Shown here in pieces: positions 1 through 13,310 of a stretch of DNA of 64,000 bases. The stretch lies in the NCBI RefSeq assembly GCF_009914755.1, contig NC_060935.1. The stretch is one strand, 5' to 3'. The notes under the pieces are model-generated. The model was not told the origin of the DNA. It was given only the letters and a program-made list of their open reading frames with translations, and ran no database searches. Position 1 is the first letter of the stretch; each line of letters opens with the position of its first letter. Position numbers and translations under genes: made by a program. This DNA is from the human T2T-CHM13v2.0 reference genome, Homo sapiens.

Positions 1-14
1 GCTTTCACAAAGCT

Positions 15-260
15 TTTTGTTCCATGGAGGTTACAGGTAGCTAAATAAGCAATAACACAACAGTGTGATGGATTAGTGCTGTGGTTTGTGCACTTGGGGA
101 GGCGATGGTGAGTGGAGTAGGTAGGGAATGAACATGGAGACCACATAAGTGATGGGTCCAATCTAGGCCTGGTGGGTCAGAAAGAGCTTCCTGCAGGCAG
201 TGGTGTCTACACTAAATCGGTCTTAGGTGTAAGTATTAACTGAGCAGAGGGGAGGGTAAA
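15..260 (-). mobile_element. L2 fragment
   Basis: Degenerate L2 antisense motifs (CCATGGAGGTTACAG..., GGGTCAGAAAGAGCTTCCTG). Confidence 0.45.
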
Positions 261-2051
261 TTGCACTTCTAAAAAGCGTGGCTTCTAAAGTGAGATGAGT
301 GTCTTTAACCGTATTCCGTTTAAACTCTTCTTTCAATAAAATTGTTTCTTATAGCTGTGCTTCACAAGCTGAGAGACTTGATTCTGAGCATATAAGATTA
401 ATTTTTGTATATCTAGTAGCATTTATCATGTTTGGTTTTTGGCCATCTTCGTGTGAATTGCTAATGATGTGAAAATTTGCAAAGTATTAAATACAATGAA
501 AAAGAAACAGCCGGATGTTCCAGATGTTCATTATCCAGTCAAATTAAATTTTTAATATATATAATCTTAACCTTTTTCAAACAAAAAAAGGAAAAAGAAA
601 AGGTGATGATTCAACTCTTACTACCTTACATCAATCTTTGCTTTGTAGACTACATTCTCTGAGGCAGGTAGCTTCCTAAAGAATTCTTACATGGTGCAGG
701 GTATTTCGTAGATTATTCTAGGTAGCATAAGACCAATTACATCTATAGTTTGTACTGAGGCTATTGTCCTCATTTAGACCTGATAACTTCTTTATGGATT
801 GATACCTTTTCCAGTACAGAGTAAACTATTCCACATCTAAATATAATTAGGTGTTCTTTTAACCTATTTTTACACATCTCTGAATCAAAAGACTAATCAA
901 GGTTTTTGGTCTGCATGTTTGTTCTTTTATTTGGGTTTTTGTTTTGTTTCTAAAAATCTGTTCCATATTCATTTTTCTATCTTTTGAGTGAACTTGCCTG
1001 TCTTTAAAAATGATCTCTTATGTGAGGTAGATGAACTGCTTTAACCACTGTAGTTTCTCCTAGTATTGAGTTCTGTGACATCTCTTAAATAAGTTTTGCT
1101 CAGTACCTATTCTAAGATTTTACAGTCAGCTTCATAATTTGTGGGAGGCTTTTCACTTGGAAAACAATGTTCTCAGAAGCCATTTTCATTTCTTTCTTGT
1201 TTTTGGATGGAGCTAAAAGAGCTTTTTCTTAGTCTAGGTGATTGTTTAAAAAAACTACTATTCACTGCAGTTTCCAATTACTTGAACCTCTCCTTCATTA
1301 TGAATCTCATTGTGTGTAGAAAATGTAGAAAGAGGTTGGCTCAGCTTAATTATATAGTGAATTTATTGTGTGCCTGCCATTCTTTCCTCTTACTCTTTTC
1401 AGCTTCAGGAGTATATGCCCCCTTCCCATATGCCAAGCAACTTTCAAGAGAAAATCTCAGTCGTTTCTTATTTGTCAAACATTTGAAAATAAGAACAATA
1501 TTTGGAGAAACTCCTGAGGCAGATTGTTGGGGTGGGGTTTGGGAAAGGCAATATTTGTCTTAGGACTTTTAGAGAAAGGTTGCTACACATTGGGGAAGGA
1601 GGATGTTATTTTCTGGGGTGAGGACTGGGTTGAGATGGGGAAGACACAGTTTGAGAAATTGGGAGTTTAAGAAGCTACTCTCTTACTGTTACTGTTTTTG
1701 CCCTGTGCTTTCTACTCTATCATTTAGTCAACCATTATATATAACTTAGGACAGTTGTGAGCCTGTCATTTTTCAGAAGCGCCAGGATCTCTAAGAAGGG
1801 TGAATAGCTCAGGATGCTATGAGGCTAAGATGAACCACCCTTGCTAGTAGGGTTCTCTGGCAGCTGCCCTAACTCTGGTGCACTGCAACTTTGTTTTCAC
1901 TGAAAAGACCTTTGTGAGTGACTTCTTAGGATGTTTCTTTTTGTCATTTCACATTGCATTCACATAGAATGCACTCATGCCTAATGACTGCAAACTTTCT
2001 ATCACTTGGTTACACCATAAGTTCCTTGTCTACCTCCCTTTTAAAATTTTT

Positions 2052-2250
2052 AGATTGTACCCATGCTTAGGTTTTTGGTTCTTGTTTGATTTTATTTTGT
2101 TATTACAAGTAATTTTAATGGGTTTTAATTTTCGCTATTGTAAGTAATTTTTAAAAATTGTTAGTAAATTTTTTAAAGATCGTACCCATGCTTAGGTTTT
2201 GGGTTCCTGTGTGATTTTATGTTGTAATTATAAGTGATGTTTTGGTGGGC
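2052..2250. repeat. Diverged direct duplication, 125-bp period
   Basis: AGATTGTACCCATGCTTAGGTTTTTGGTTC... at 2052 recurs as AGATCGTACCCATGCTTAGGTTTTGGGTTC... at 2177. Confidence 0.85.
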
Positions 2251-3919
2251 AGCTTTGTTGAAGACTGGGTTTTCTTTCCTTTGAAGTCATTTGAAGGACT
2301 AATGAAGAGTGAGACTAAACTGTAAAACTTCATTTTGTCAGATAGCTGGAACATTAGGGACATGCTTGGGTAGGTGGTGATCTTAGATATTGAAAACTAA
2401 TCAGGGAAAGTAGATTGAGAGAGAAGTGGATGGGATGTGTTTCTGAGGAGCACAAAATGTTCTACATGCAGATTAGCTGTGAGAAAAAGGCATAGCATAA
2501 ACTCAACTTGTATGATGTTTAATTTTTTTTTTTTAAATCTGGGAGAAGAGACATAATTATACCTTCTAAACTGCTGTGGAGCAGGGATTCTTAACCTGGG
2601 CTCTATGGATGAGCTTTAGGGAAATCTTGAGATTTCGTGAAAAATGATGGCATGGGTGTGCATGTAGCACAGACACTCCCATGCAGTTAACTGGATGGAT
2701 TTATGACGAGAAAAATAGAGTGGGGCCAAAAACTTTTTGCCAGCCCCAAATGGCGTTGTAGATATTTTACAGATGGAAACACATATGTGAAGTAGTGGTA
2801 TGATGTGCAGTCTTCTGCCTTCTAGTTCTTCCTCACCACCACCAGCCTTTTCTGATTATTAGAATTCTGATCCAAGAGGACCAGTTTTTTCCTCTCCTTT
2901 TGCAGTTATGTTTATAATGAACTCTGAGCCCATCAATCTTTTCTTAGATGAAATTGTTTTTACAAATTTGTTTTTAATACTGAGCAGCTAGAAAAGAGAC
3001 ATTAAGGACATGATACATTTTCACTACCGATTCTACATGTGGTAGCCTTTGCTGACAGGAGAAAGCTGAGCACATTTTATGGAATGTACTGCAGTAATTA
3101 ATCTTCATTAGGACTGTTGCATGGCCTCGTAAATTAAAATTTATGGTAAGGGGAAAAGTCTCTGGCACAACATATTTGAATACCAAAGTGCCAGTACTTT
3201 AGGATGGGTATAAAGGTTTCTGAGAATGTTTCAGATGATCACAAGCTCATGTATTAGGTTTAAATTATTTAGGAAAAAATCCAAGCTACATTTATGATAT
3301 GAATGCAAGAAGGAGAGTTTTATACAAATAGGTGCCCAAAACTGGGCTCTCAGGCGCTAAATTCTTGTCTCTCACAGTAGCTTTCCACAGCCAGTTTAGC
3401 AGCATGTTGTAAAAGGACACCTCAGGGTTTCTGTTTAAGGGCATATTCACTGTTCTCCACCTCCAGACACCCACCCTTAGCTTCCTTGCAGCTTTATCAG
3501 TCTTTGGTTCACCTGATTTCTTAACTTAGCATTCCAAAGGAAAGAAGAAAAAGCAAGAGATTGAAAAGCTGCTCAGACAGTCTAATAAAGGGAGTGTGCT
3601 TTCTTCCAGCAGCCCCTTGTCCTTGCTTTTGTGAAATTTCTGAATAGGCTGTACAGTGATGTCAATCCCCTATTTTGTAATTTAACACATACAAACTTGC
3701 ACACCCCTAATTGTACATGAAGAAATGCAGCTGCCACAGAAGTTATGAGCTCTGAAATGAGGCATATGCCACTTTCTGGCCGCACAGTCTCTTGTTCAGA
3801 GTCAGGCTTACAGAATCCCCCATAATTTCAGTTGCCGTTTTATAACTTAATTATTGGAACTGTCTGCCCCAGCATCCTTGGAAGTTTAGTGCTCACTCCA
3901 CTAGATTGTGTTTCTATAA

Positions 3920-4321
<402 letters not shown>

Positions 4322-4934
4322 TGGAACATCTTGAAGTTTGGTTTAGTGGTTCTGATTATTGTGTCCTCGCAGCCCAGGAAGTGTGGTTTCTAGGTTACAA
4401 AGGACATTCTGACTTGTTTTGTTTGGATTTAATTCACACATCATTTAAAGTATGCTGTTTACCAGTGAGAGGTCTTCCTATTCATGGCAGGTACCAATGA
4501 TTACCTTCCTCTTCTGTGATAATATGTTATTTGCCCCACTCTTTCCCACACTTGTAAGTTTATTGGCTAAAGTGTCCTAAAAGCCAGAAAGGGAATTAAA
4601 AATTCAAGTGGAATAAGCCCTAGGAGTTCTCGCTACATGGAATAATATATCAGTGAATCAGTCTCTCTCCTTATGCCTTTCTCTATCAATACATAGAAAT
4701 TTAAACTATGCCTGATCCTGGCAGGGTGTTCTCAGAAGCATCTGTTTTACAAAAATAGTTGCTCTAGCAGGTGTGAGATATGAATTACATGAGGTTCTGT
4801 GAACCGAGAGACTGAATGCCTTGCCCACATGCACCACTGCTTGTAGTTTTGGAATATTGATCTACACGCTGTATTATTATCAACTTTGCAACAGGGAAAG
4901 TAGTTTTGTGAAATTAAGACTGTTAGAACAAAGG

Positions 4935-5135
4935 CAGGCTACTTGGCTTTGTGGGGAAAACTGTGGGTTTGGGGATTTGACAGACCTGAGTTTGAATCTT
5001 TCTTTTACAAGTTATGGACCTTTGACAAGTTACTTAATCTCTGTGACCCAGCTTTCTTCATCAGTCAAAGGAAGATAATTTTTACCTTGCAAAGTTACTG
5101 TGAAGATCTAACGAGGGTAAAAAGAAAGTGAAATA
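4935..5135 (+). mobile_element. MIR
   Basis: MIR core: CAGACCTGAGTTTGAATC...GACAAGTTACTTAATCTCTGTG. Confidence 0.7.
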
Positions 5136-5539
5136 TGACATTGAATAGGGTCATTAATGTGCAGTAATTATTTTAATTACTAAAAGCAAAACTGGTAGGA
5201 GTTTGTAAATGAGTATATACATTGATAGGAATAAAACTTAATGTCCTCTAGGATAGCTACTTTTCCTTGTTTTCCTCATTGAAGTCATTCATTAAGTCCC
5301 CAGGTAGCACTAGGCCCTATATTCAAAACAGTTTGCAAAAATATCTTACAGCCTGGTTGAAATTAATGATGTAGTGACAGTAATGTCATGTAACATAGCC
5401 TATTGAAAATATGGATGGAGAGTCCACGTTACCAAATTGGAGTGTAGGAATGCCCTTACCTGTCTGTTTTCCTTTGACAGTCACATAATTTAGGCATTTG
5501 ATAAACTGCTAGTTTACCATGTGACTGGCAGAGAGCAAT

Positions 5540-5740
5540 AAAGAAGAGATACTGGACCCCAGCCCCTCATAGAGCGTACGCTCCAGCAAGAGAGACAGAC
5601 CATAAGGAAGTAAACAAAAAGCAGACAAGAGGTGGTGACAGGGCCTTGAAAACAATAACTGATGAGAGAGGAATTGGGAGAGTTCACTTTAGCCAAGATG
5701 GTTAAGAAGAACCCTCTCTGAGGCAAGACCTGAAGAATTA
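5540..5740 (-). mobile_element. L2 fragment
   Basis: Antisense L2 3' motifs (CCCTCATAGAGCGTACGCTCCAGC..GAGACAGAC). Confidence 0.55.
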
Positions 5741-6224
5741 TTGCAAGCCACCTCTGGGAGGAAGGAATGATTCATCCTAGTGTTCTAAGCATGGTTTGCG
5801 TAGACAATTATTATTTAAATATTTACCCTAATAGCATCATCATGACTGTACAATTCTGTGTATTCCTGTTAGGAGATTCCTTGGCTGCTTTTCACCTCAT
5901 CATCATTCTACCCATGTGTCTATCCTGATTGTGATACTGACTTCATAGAAGGTGATGAGTATAGGAAACAGTTGCTAGTCTAGTCCATACAGTGGCAACT
6001 CATTAGAAAGGAGTGAGCCAGCATTGAAATTCTCATAAGAACAGAAAAGTGGAATTGAGATGGTCTGAGTACTCTAAATGAGGATGGGAAAGGTAAGTCA
6101 GGTGATGTATTAAGGGGCATGTAGTTCTTTGGGGATAAAAAAAGAAAAATCTAATGTGTTTTTATGCTCAATTTAATTAAGTTATAATGTATTGGGGGTA
6201 TACTAACTCTTTTAAACTATACAT

Positions 6225-7075
6225 CTTTTTATTGACTTTCTGCCTAGGAATTTTAGTTTTTACAGTAAACATGGAGTGAAAAATATAGTTTTCATATTTC
6301 TCTTCACTACCTCTCCAATTTCCCCTATTAGTAACATCTTGCATTAGTGTGGTAAATTTGTTACAATTGATGAACTAATATTGATACATTATTATTAACT
6401 AATGTCTGTAGTTCAAATTAGAGTTCACTTTCGGCATTGTATATCTTATGGGTTTTGACAAATGTATAATGTCATGTGTCCATCATTATAGTATCACACA
6501 GAATAGCTCATTGCCCTCAAAATCCCTTGTGCTCCACCTATCTATCCTTCTCTTTCCGAATCCCTTGCAACCACTGGTCTTTTTATTGTATTCACAGTTT
6601 TGCCTTTTCTGGAATGCCATATGGGTGGAATCATATATGCAGCCTTTTCAGATTGGCTTCTTTCACTTAGCAATATATTTTTAAGGTTCCGCTATATCTT
6701 TTTGTGGCTTGATAGCTCATTTCTTTTTATCACTGAATAATATTCCATTGTATGGATGTATCACAGTTTGTTCATCTATTGAAAGACATCTTGGCTGCTT
6801 CCAAGTTTTGGCAATTATGAATAAAGCTGCTATAAATATTCATGAGCAGGATTTTGTGTGGTAATAAGTTTTCAGCTCCTTTGGGTAAATATCAAAGGGC
6901 ATGACAGCTAGATCACATGGTAGGGAGTATATTTAGTTTTATAAGAAACTGCTAAACTCTCTTCCGAAGTGGCTGTAGCATTTTGCATTCTTACCAGCAA
7001 TAAACGAGAGTTCTTTTTGCTCCACAGCCCCACCAGCATCTTGTATTGTCAGTATTTTGAAATTTAACCATTTCA
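6225..7075 (-). mobile_element. L1MC-type LINE-1 3' region
   Basis: TTAGTGTGGTAAATTTGTTACAATTGATGAACTAATATTGATACATTATT, followed by antisense ORF2 3'-end sequence. Confidence 0.8.
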
Positions 7076-7649
7076 TAATAATTTCTGTAGTTTAAAGAAA
7101 GCTGTTTTTAACGTTTAAAATACAGTAGACTGTGATAATAATATGCTTTGTCTTTTCAGATTTTGGTTATATGCTGGATTAAGTACTATTCTGCCAAACA
7201 TGAAATTCTAGCTCAGCATAGCCCTTCCTTATGAACAGGGCTGCCCTTTGAGGAACTGTCTTCTCAGCCTCTCAAAGTGAAGGTTCTTACCTGAGATAAG
7301 GCTAATAATAATATACTTAATTTTAATAAAAACGTCAAAGACTATTGTTGCTTGCTGAGGACCTTAACCTAACAGGGACCCAGAACCTCTCTTCCCTCCA
7401 ACAACATTTGTCCCAGACCCCTACCCCATTCAGTATCCCTTCCTGAGTGTCCCAGCTCCCCAGGAGTTCTCTCATGAGCCATGATAGCACCCTGTACTCC
7501 AGCCTGGGCTGAGCAAGACCGTATCTCAGGGGGTCGGGGGACATCTCAAGTTAAAAGACTTTCACCTTACATGGTAAAGACCAATATAATCCAGTTAACA
7601 TCAACAGAAAAGTAAGATCATGCCCACCATGGGGAGTTGGAGAAGCTAT

Positions 7650-7835
7650 AGTTAACATTTATAATGCATTTACCATGCATATATCACTTATTTAATCTCT
7701 CCATGAGGTAGATATTAGTCACATTTACAAACATAAAAATTGGCACCCTGTGACGTTCAGCAGTTTTCCCAAGTTTTAGGCAACTGCCAGGGTTTAAATC
7801 GGGTCAGACTGACTCCAAAGCCATTTTCTTTTCCT
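7650..7835 (-). mobile_element. MIR
   Basis: Antisense MIR core ending GACTGACTCCAAAGCC. Confidence 0.6.
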
Positions 7836-8429
7836 CTATACCAGAATTTTGGAAATGACATATTTAATAACAGTGCTTGAATCACTGTTAAGTAACTATT
7901 TTTAAAAGCAGTCATTTCAACATTAAACAGGGAAGGGAGAAAAGTAGATATTTTTTACATTATGCCATGTGTACATTTCAGAGAAGTTACCTGTAAAGTT
8001 AAGGGGATAAAAGGTTCCATGGTCACAGTATCTTCCAAATATACTGAGTTAAACTTGATAGAGACGAAGTTACAATAAGATCCAGGCACCATGAACTAGA
8101 TGTTATAAAATACCTTTAATAATAAACCTTTTAGGAAACTAAAGATTCTTCTTAATCACCTAGTTACGCTTTCTCCTAATTTTGTCTTCAGATCCTGTGT
8201 CTCAATGTTATCCACAAGGTTATTGTGTGTTCTATGCCTTGCGGAAGCCTAAAAGCATTCATTTTCCTGCTTTACCAGTCAAATAACCCTCTAAAAGCAG
8301 TAAGGTTGGTCTGATATGAATTGTTTTTAGTGAGCCAACAAAAGCTACTAGAATCAGGGGTCTGGTTTTTGGTTTTGTTTATTTCGCACAGTGCTTGTTT
8401 TATATGTCAGCAAGGTATAAAATATAAAA

Positions 8430-8630
8430 AAGGGATCTACCCTTTTTCCTCTAAAGGGCTAGATAGTAATCATTTTACACTTTGAGGGATACTCATCTCT
8501 GCCAGGGCAGTGGTAAAGCAACCGTAGACAATACATAAACAAGGGGGTGAGGCTGAATCATCATTAAAACTTGATGTATAAAACAGGCACTGTGTGAAAT
8601 TTGGCCAACAGGTATAGTTCGCTGACCAGG
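8430..8630 (+). mobile_element. MER58A (hAT-Charlie)
   Basis: TAAAGGGCTAGATAGTAA...AAAGCAACCGTAGACAATACATAAAC...TTTGGCC..TAGTTCGCTGACC follows the MER58A layout. Confidence 0.75.
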
Positions 8631-8730
8631 CTTTCCTATTTAAAGTTTGTAGTTCACTTTAAAGTCTTGGTTGAAAGCTTTATATACTTTGCAAAATTTA
8701 CCTTCTCCTTCTCTTTGAAAATGGGAACCA

Positions 8731-8854
8731 GGCCGAACATGGTGGTGTGCACCTTTAGTCCCAGGGAGGTTGAGGCAGGAGGATTGTGTCAGCCCAGTTC
8801 AAGGCCAGTTTGGGCAACATAGCAAGACCCCCATCTCTAAAAAGAAATAATAAT
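8731..8854 (+). mobile_element. FLAM (free left Alu monomer) with 13-bp TSD
   Basis: Monomeric Alu plus A-rich tail, flanked by AAAATGGGAACCA at 8718-8730 and 8855-8867. Confidence 0.85.
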
Positions 8855-9387
8855 AAAATGGGAACCACTTTTTGCCAGTCTCCAGTCTTTGAGGATCCTC
8901 TTCCATTCTCCATTGAATCAGAGATGGCCAAATGAACAAGATGGTTTCCACATTCTCTAAGAACCCAGTGTGTAGTTCTCAAGAGTCAGGGATGTACTTC
9001 ATTTAGAGTAGCTAGTGGCTTCATATAATCTTCATCCACTTTGTTTCTTTCCTGGATACCAATGTTTCTTGTTTTTTCTAAAGGTCTTTCTCCTTAAAAG
9101 AAAACAAAAGTTATGAGTTGAGAATTTGCTTTTTGGTCTTGTTTTCCATCAACATTAGGTAGTTTGTGACAAAAATGAAAGTAATTTCAATTTTTACTTT
9201 TAATATTTTTGGCAAGTGCTGTATTCGCTTATTATACTCTTTGTTGAAATATTGTATCTGCTGGTGGCAAACCACCCTGAGTCTAAAGTCCAGGATAATG
9301 AGGGGAGATCCTACTGTTACTGCATGTCTTATGGAACCTGATACCTTTGTCTTGAAGTCATAGTCATTTGTTGGCTGTGCTACATGC

Positions 9388-9819
9388 TGTTAAAGAAAAA
9401 AATTCATGACACTTACTAAAGAAGGGTAAGTCAAACGTTATTCAAGGGGTAGGGGCCACTGCAATGGGGTTTTTTAGTAGGGGCAAGAGATTGAGCTCAA
9501 CTGAGAGTACAACTCGGACAAGTGAGAGTTACAGAGATTTACAGGGAGGGGTCATTAATGGAAAGTTATTAAGAAGGAACATCAGGGTTGTGGAGGATTC
9601 TGGCTAAACAGATTCCACAGGATTATTACTGAAGGCAAGCCTGCGGGATGGGAAATTTGACCAGATATTAAGGGTGAGAGATTTTTGTTCAGCTGACTTA
9701 GCAGGATTCTTGCTAAAACTGGACTAAGTGGGCAGACCTGGACTAAAGACAAAGCCCAGTCAGAAAGAGGACTTAGAATAGCCAGACTCGAGTTTGGTCA
9801 AAAGAGAGTATCTTTGTCA
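9388..9819 (-). mobile_element. MER31-type ERV1 solo LTR
   Basis: Bounded by TGTTAAAGAAAAA...TCTTTGTCA, with the internal CTGACTTAGCAGGATTCTTGCTAAAACTGG typical of MER31. Confidence 0.7.
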
Positions 9820-10274
9820 GTACTTCATTGAGGGTTAAGGTTTTGATGTGATCACACATTTTTAAAAGGATAATAGTTAGATATTATTGCAAAGAACATC
9901 AAAATTACTCATTTTTATTGAAGTGACATGCCGAGTTTTGATCTTTTTATAATCTTAAAAGTATTGTCTCATTTCTCAGAGCCTGAAGTTATTGGGTACT
10001 TCTTTTTTACAATATAATTTCCCGTCCGCCATTAGTGTTTTAATTTTCACTGTGGCTTTGATCTCTTCAATTTCTTTGGAATTAATGATACAGTGTTTAG
10101 AGAAAAAATACAATGCAGATTTAAATGTCTACTTACATACTGGCTTAAAATGAATCATCTATGCTGCAAAGAAGATAAGAATGTGGTTTTAGTTAGGGAG
10201 CATTCTTTCTGACCCTGTATGACATACAGTAGGCCAGTCAGATACTAAACAGTACAGAAGCTCAGCCCAGTGGG

Positions 10275-10990
10275 TTTATTCATGTCTTCAAGAAACATGT
10301 ATTAAGCCCTTGGGTACCAAGGCAGTGTGGCTGCACAGAACAAGACAGTTTTTGTCCTTAGGGAACTTGTAATCTAATCGAAGATAAGCACATAGACAGT
10401 TGCCATAAGGCATTTCAGATGGTGTGATAGAGATGGTGCGATGGAAGTGTGCACAATGTGAGGGTAACCCTAAGAGGGCACTTGACTCAGATGAGGGTGG
10501 GTCAGGGAAGGCTTCCCGGAGCTGGATCAGGTGAAGGAGGGCAAGGAGTGAGGATGGTTGTAGAAGCCCTAGAAAACATAGGTGGATTTGAGAGATGATC
10601 AATTCAATTAAGGTTATAAAAGAGAAGGTAGCTCAAGGATGACTTCCAGGTTTTCAGTGGGGGAATAGTCCTTTTCACTTAGAAGGGAAATAAATACAGG
10701 AAGAGCAGATTTGGGGAAAACATGTAATAGAAGCATGTTTACTTTGAGATGCAGGTAGAAACATCCAGGAGCTGGTTGAATATGCTGATCTGGTGGTCTG
10801 GAAAAAACCCTAGGCTAAAATGCATATTTTTAAGTCATTAGCATTGTGGAAGATTGTGGAAACACTGAACTGCATGAGAATACCCAGAATGAATATGTAA
10901 GATGAGGATAGTTGAGGCCCAAGGATGGAACCTGGGGAAATGAACATTTATGTAATGGATAGAGGAAGAGGAAACTGGGAAGGTACAATC
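10275..10990 (-). mobile_element. L2
   Basis: GGGTCAGGGAAGGCTTCC, CAAGGATGACTTCCAGGTTT, TTTGAGATGC and AAGTCATTAGCAT motifs in L2 order. Confidence 0.75.
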
Positions 10991-11439
10991 AGGGAGGTTG
11001 TAGTCAACCTTTAAGTATTTTAAATTTAGATGATTGCTGATTACATCTCACATGGAAGTTGCAGTCATGGTAAAATTTAAACTGTCCATTGACAGGGCGT
11101 TAACTCAGCAGAAGTTGTGTTTGAAAAAACAAGTTACTGGGTTTAGCCATAATTTGGCCACTTATATAATTTTTAAAAACATGCAAAGCCAAAATTTAGA
11201 ACACTGGAACTTGTGATATTAAAAACGGAGGATTAGTCAGCAGACAGGAGCCTGTGCACCCACAGACTGGATTGAGTGTTCTGGGGGTGCTCCCACACGT
11301 GACACTCTCCTCTGTTAACTCCGCTGGAAGTCGAATTCGCAGCAAAATCCATTGAAATGTTGCCTTTTTTTGTTGCAGTGATGGTAATTCTTGGGGCTTT
11401 GAACAACCCTAACCGTCATTATTTTTACTATTCAGATGA

Positions 11440-11860
11440 ATGGACCTTTATTGAATGAATTCTTTAAGTCATCTTCAGAAATGAAGACTAGGAGCCCCAG
11501 ACCTCAAAAAGCTAACCATTTGGTAGGCAGAAGAAGAAATCTTCCACCTCAAGGTGGAATCCTTGAGGAAGAGGTATCATTTGAACTGGCTTTTGAAGGA
11601 TAAGGGAGGTTTAGATAGTTAGAAAACAGAAAAGGGAATTCCAGATGGAGATAAAAGAAACTGAGAAGCTAGGGCATATTCAGGGAATAGAAAGGAGCCT
11701 CAAAGAGCAAGGGGTATATTAAGGGGGGCTAATGCAGAACAGGTTACAGAGGCAGGCTTATACCAGATCATGAGACTCTTTAAAGATTATACTAATAATC
11801 TTTCTAGAGAACCACTGAAATTTTTATGAAAAAGGCAAGACCAAGTGGTGCTTGACAGAG
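11440..11860 (-). mobile_element. L2 fragment
   Basis: GAGGTATCATTTGAACTGGCTTTTGAAGGAT...GGGAATTCCAG. Confidence 0.55.
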
Positions 11861-12146
11861 ACTACTTCTCTAAGCATGCTTACAATGGGCTCAAAAGAGA
11901 AATGTTATACATGAAGGTTTTATAAATGATATTTCAACAAGAACTTTTATTTAAGATTACTGGTTCTTAATTTTTTTTTATTTGAGGGGAGGTGGGCATG
12001 GAAACCATTATTGAATGGCTTCCTAAGAAGGCTGATATATAAGACTGAAAAGTAAAATTATCAAGAATTCTCACAGGTTTCTCCATATGATCCATGGAGC
12101 ACCATTTTCTATCCTGGAATGATGACTTCCAACCTTTTCATCATCA

Positions 12147-12223
12147 CAAGACAAGCTTTTGTGTATCCATTTTCACAAAAATTTCAAAATCATCAAAATA
12201 GAATTTCCCTGTCATCATCTGTT
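12147..12223 (+). repeat. 77-bp exact copy of 13955-14031
   Basis: Base-by-base identical on manual alignment, offset 1808 bp. Confidence 0.95.
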
Positions 12224-12572
12224 TTGTTTTCAATGATAATGGTCCCATGTTTTAAAAGATTTTTGTCTCTCAAGAAAGTTAATATTTCACATTTGTTTCA
12301 TTAACGAAGATGTAATTTTCAGTTCATCCAAGTATATGAAGTATTGAACGTTTACAAAGCTCAGTTAATATAATTCTAGCCAAAAGCAAAGAAATCCCAC
12401 AACTTAGTCTTTGCCACACAATTGCAGATTTTTAAAAAAATATTGAAAATAACCCATGATTCATATATCTTGACCTAAGCAGTCTCACCTTTTCCCATAC
12501 ATCTGTAGACACAGGGACCCTAAGTTGGAGATCAGGTTATCACAGGAACAGAGATTATGTAGCATACCTACT

Positions 12573-12746
12573 CTGTCATCATCTGTTCAGATTACATATT
12601 ACATGCTGATTTTTTCTCTGTTGTATGATACGTCCTTTCAGTGGCACACCAGACATTACTAATAAAGTCTTTATTATTTGGATTATTGAAAGACTGTTAT
12701 CTCTGAATTCTTTAGCTCTACTTCTTATTTTTATAGCAGTAGTAGG
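12573..12746 (+). repeat. 174-bp copy (~94% identical) of 14017-14190, flanked by a 15-bp direct repeat
   Basis: 11 substitutions and no gaps on manual alignment. Flanks are GCATACCTACTCTGT (12562-12576) and GCGTACCTACTCTGT (12747-12761). Confidence 0.92.
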
Positions 12747-12829
12747 GCGTACCTACTCTGTATGCTTCTGAGCCTTGTGGAATTAAAAAGAGTAATTGAC
12801 GTATACCTAGCTACCCAGAACTTCAAATT

Positions 12830-13310
12830 TAATTTTTTTCTTTATTGCAAAGAGTAATACAGGCTCATTACAGAAAAATGAGAAGACATATATAACAGCA
12901 AAAAGAAAATTAAAAAAAATCTTCCAAACCTTTTTCTATGCAAACTTACATATAGACTTTTTAAAATACAAATGGACTCTCTCTTTTTGTGTTGGTTTTA
13001 TAATATTGTCAGTGTCAAAAGCAATTCCTGAAACATCATTTTTAATAGCTGCATAGTATCTCATTTCTAATTTTATAACCTATTTAATCCTTTATGGTTG
13101 GACTTTGGGATTTCTAACTTTCTGAAATTAAAAGTAGCTATCCCTTGAATATCCTTGTGCCTAAATCTTTGTCTAAATCTCTATTTCCTTCAGATAACGT
13201 CCCAGAAGAAAAATTGCCAGGAATATATATTTTAAAGATTTTTGAAGGGTACTGCCAAAATGCCCTCAAGAAAGATTGTGCCCATTCACTTTTCCACTCA
13301 CGAGTTTACA
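12830..13310 (-). mobile_element. L1ME-type fragment
   Basis: TTTTAATAGCTGCATAGTATCTCATT...TGAATATCCTTGTGC...GCCAAAATGCCCTC are antisense old-L1 motifs. Confidence 0.6.

Larger units (their letters stand above)
8190..8990 (-). mobile_element. CR1/L3 LINE ORF2 remnant, interrupted by MER58A and a FLAM
   Basis: GTAAGGTTGGTCTGATATGAATTGTTTTTAGTGAGCC and TTGAAAATGGGAACCACTTTTTGCCAGTCTCCAGTC resemble antisense L3/CR1 RT-region consensus. Confidence 0.55.

Noticed and set aside
1141-1563. 140-aa ORF (also 19482-19910, 30302-30688, 44355-45094 and similar)
   Set aside because: No recognisable protein similarity or coherent exon structure, often non-ATG starts, and several overlap LTRs.
12119-12230. 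ATGATGA as the C box of an intronic C/D snoRNA
   Set aside because: No suitably placed CTGA D box or terminal stem, and the region is explained by the templated insertion.
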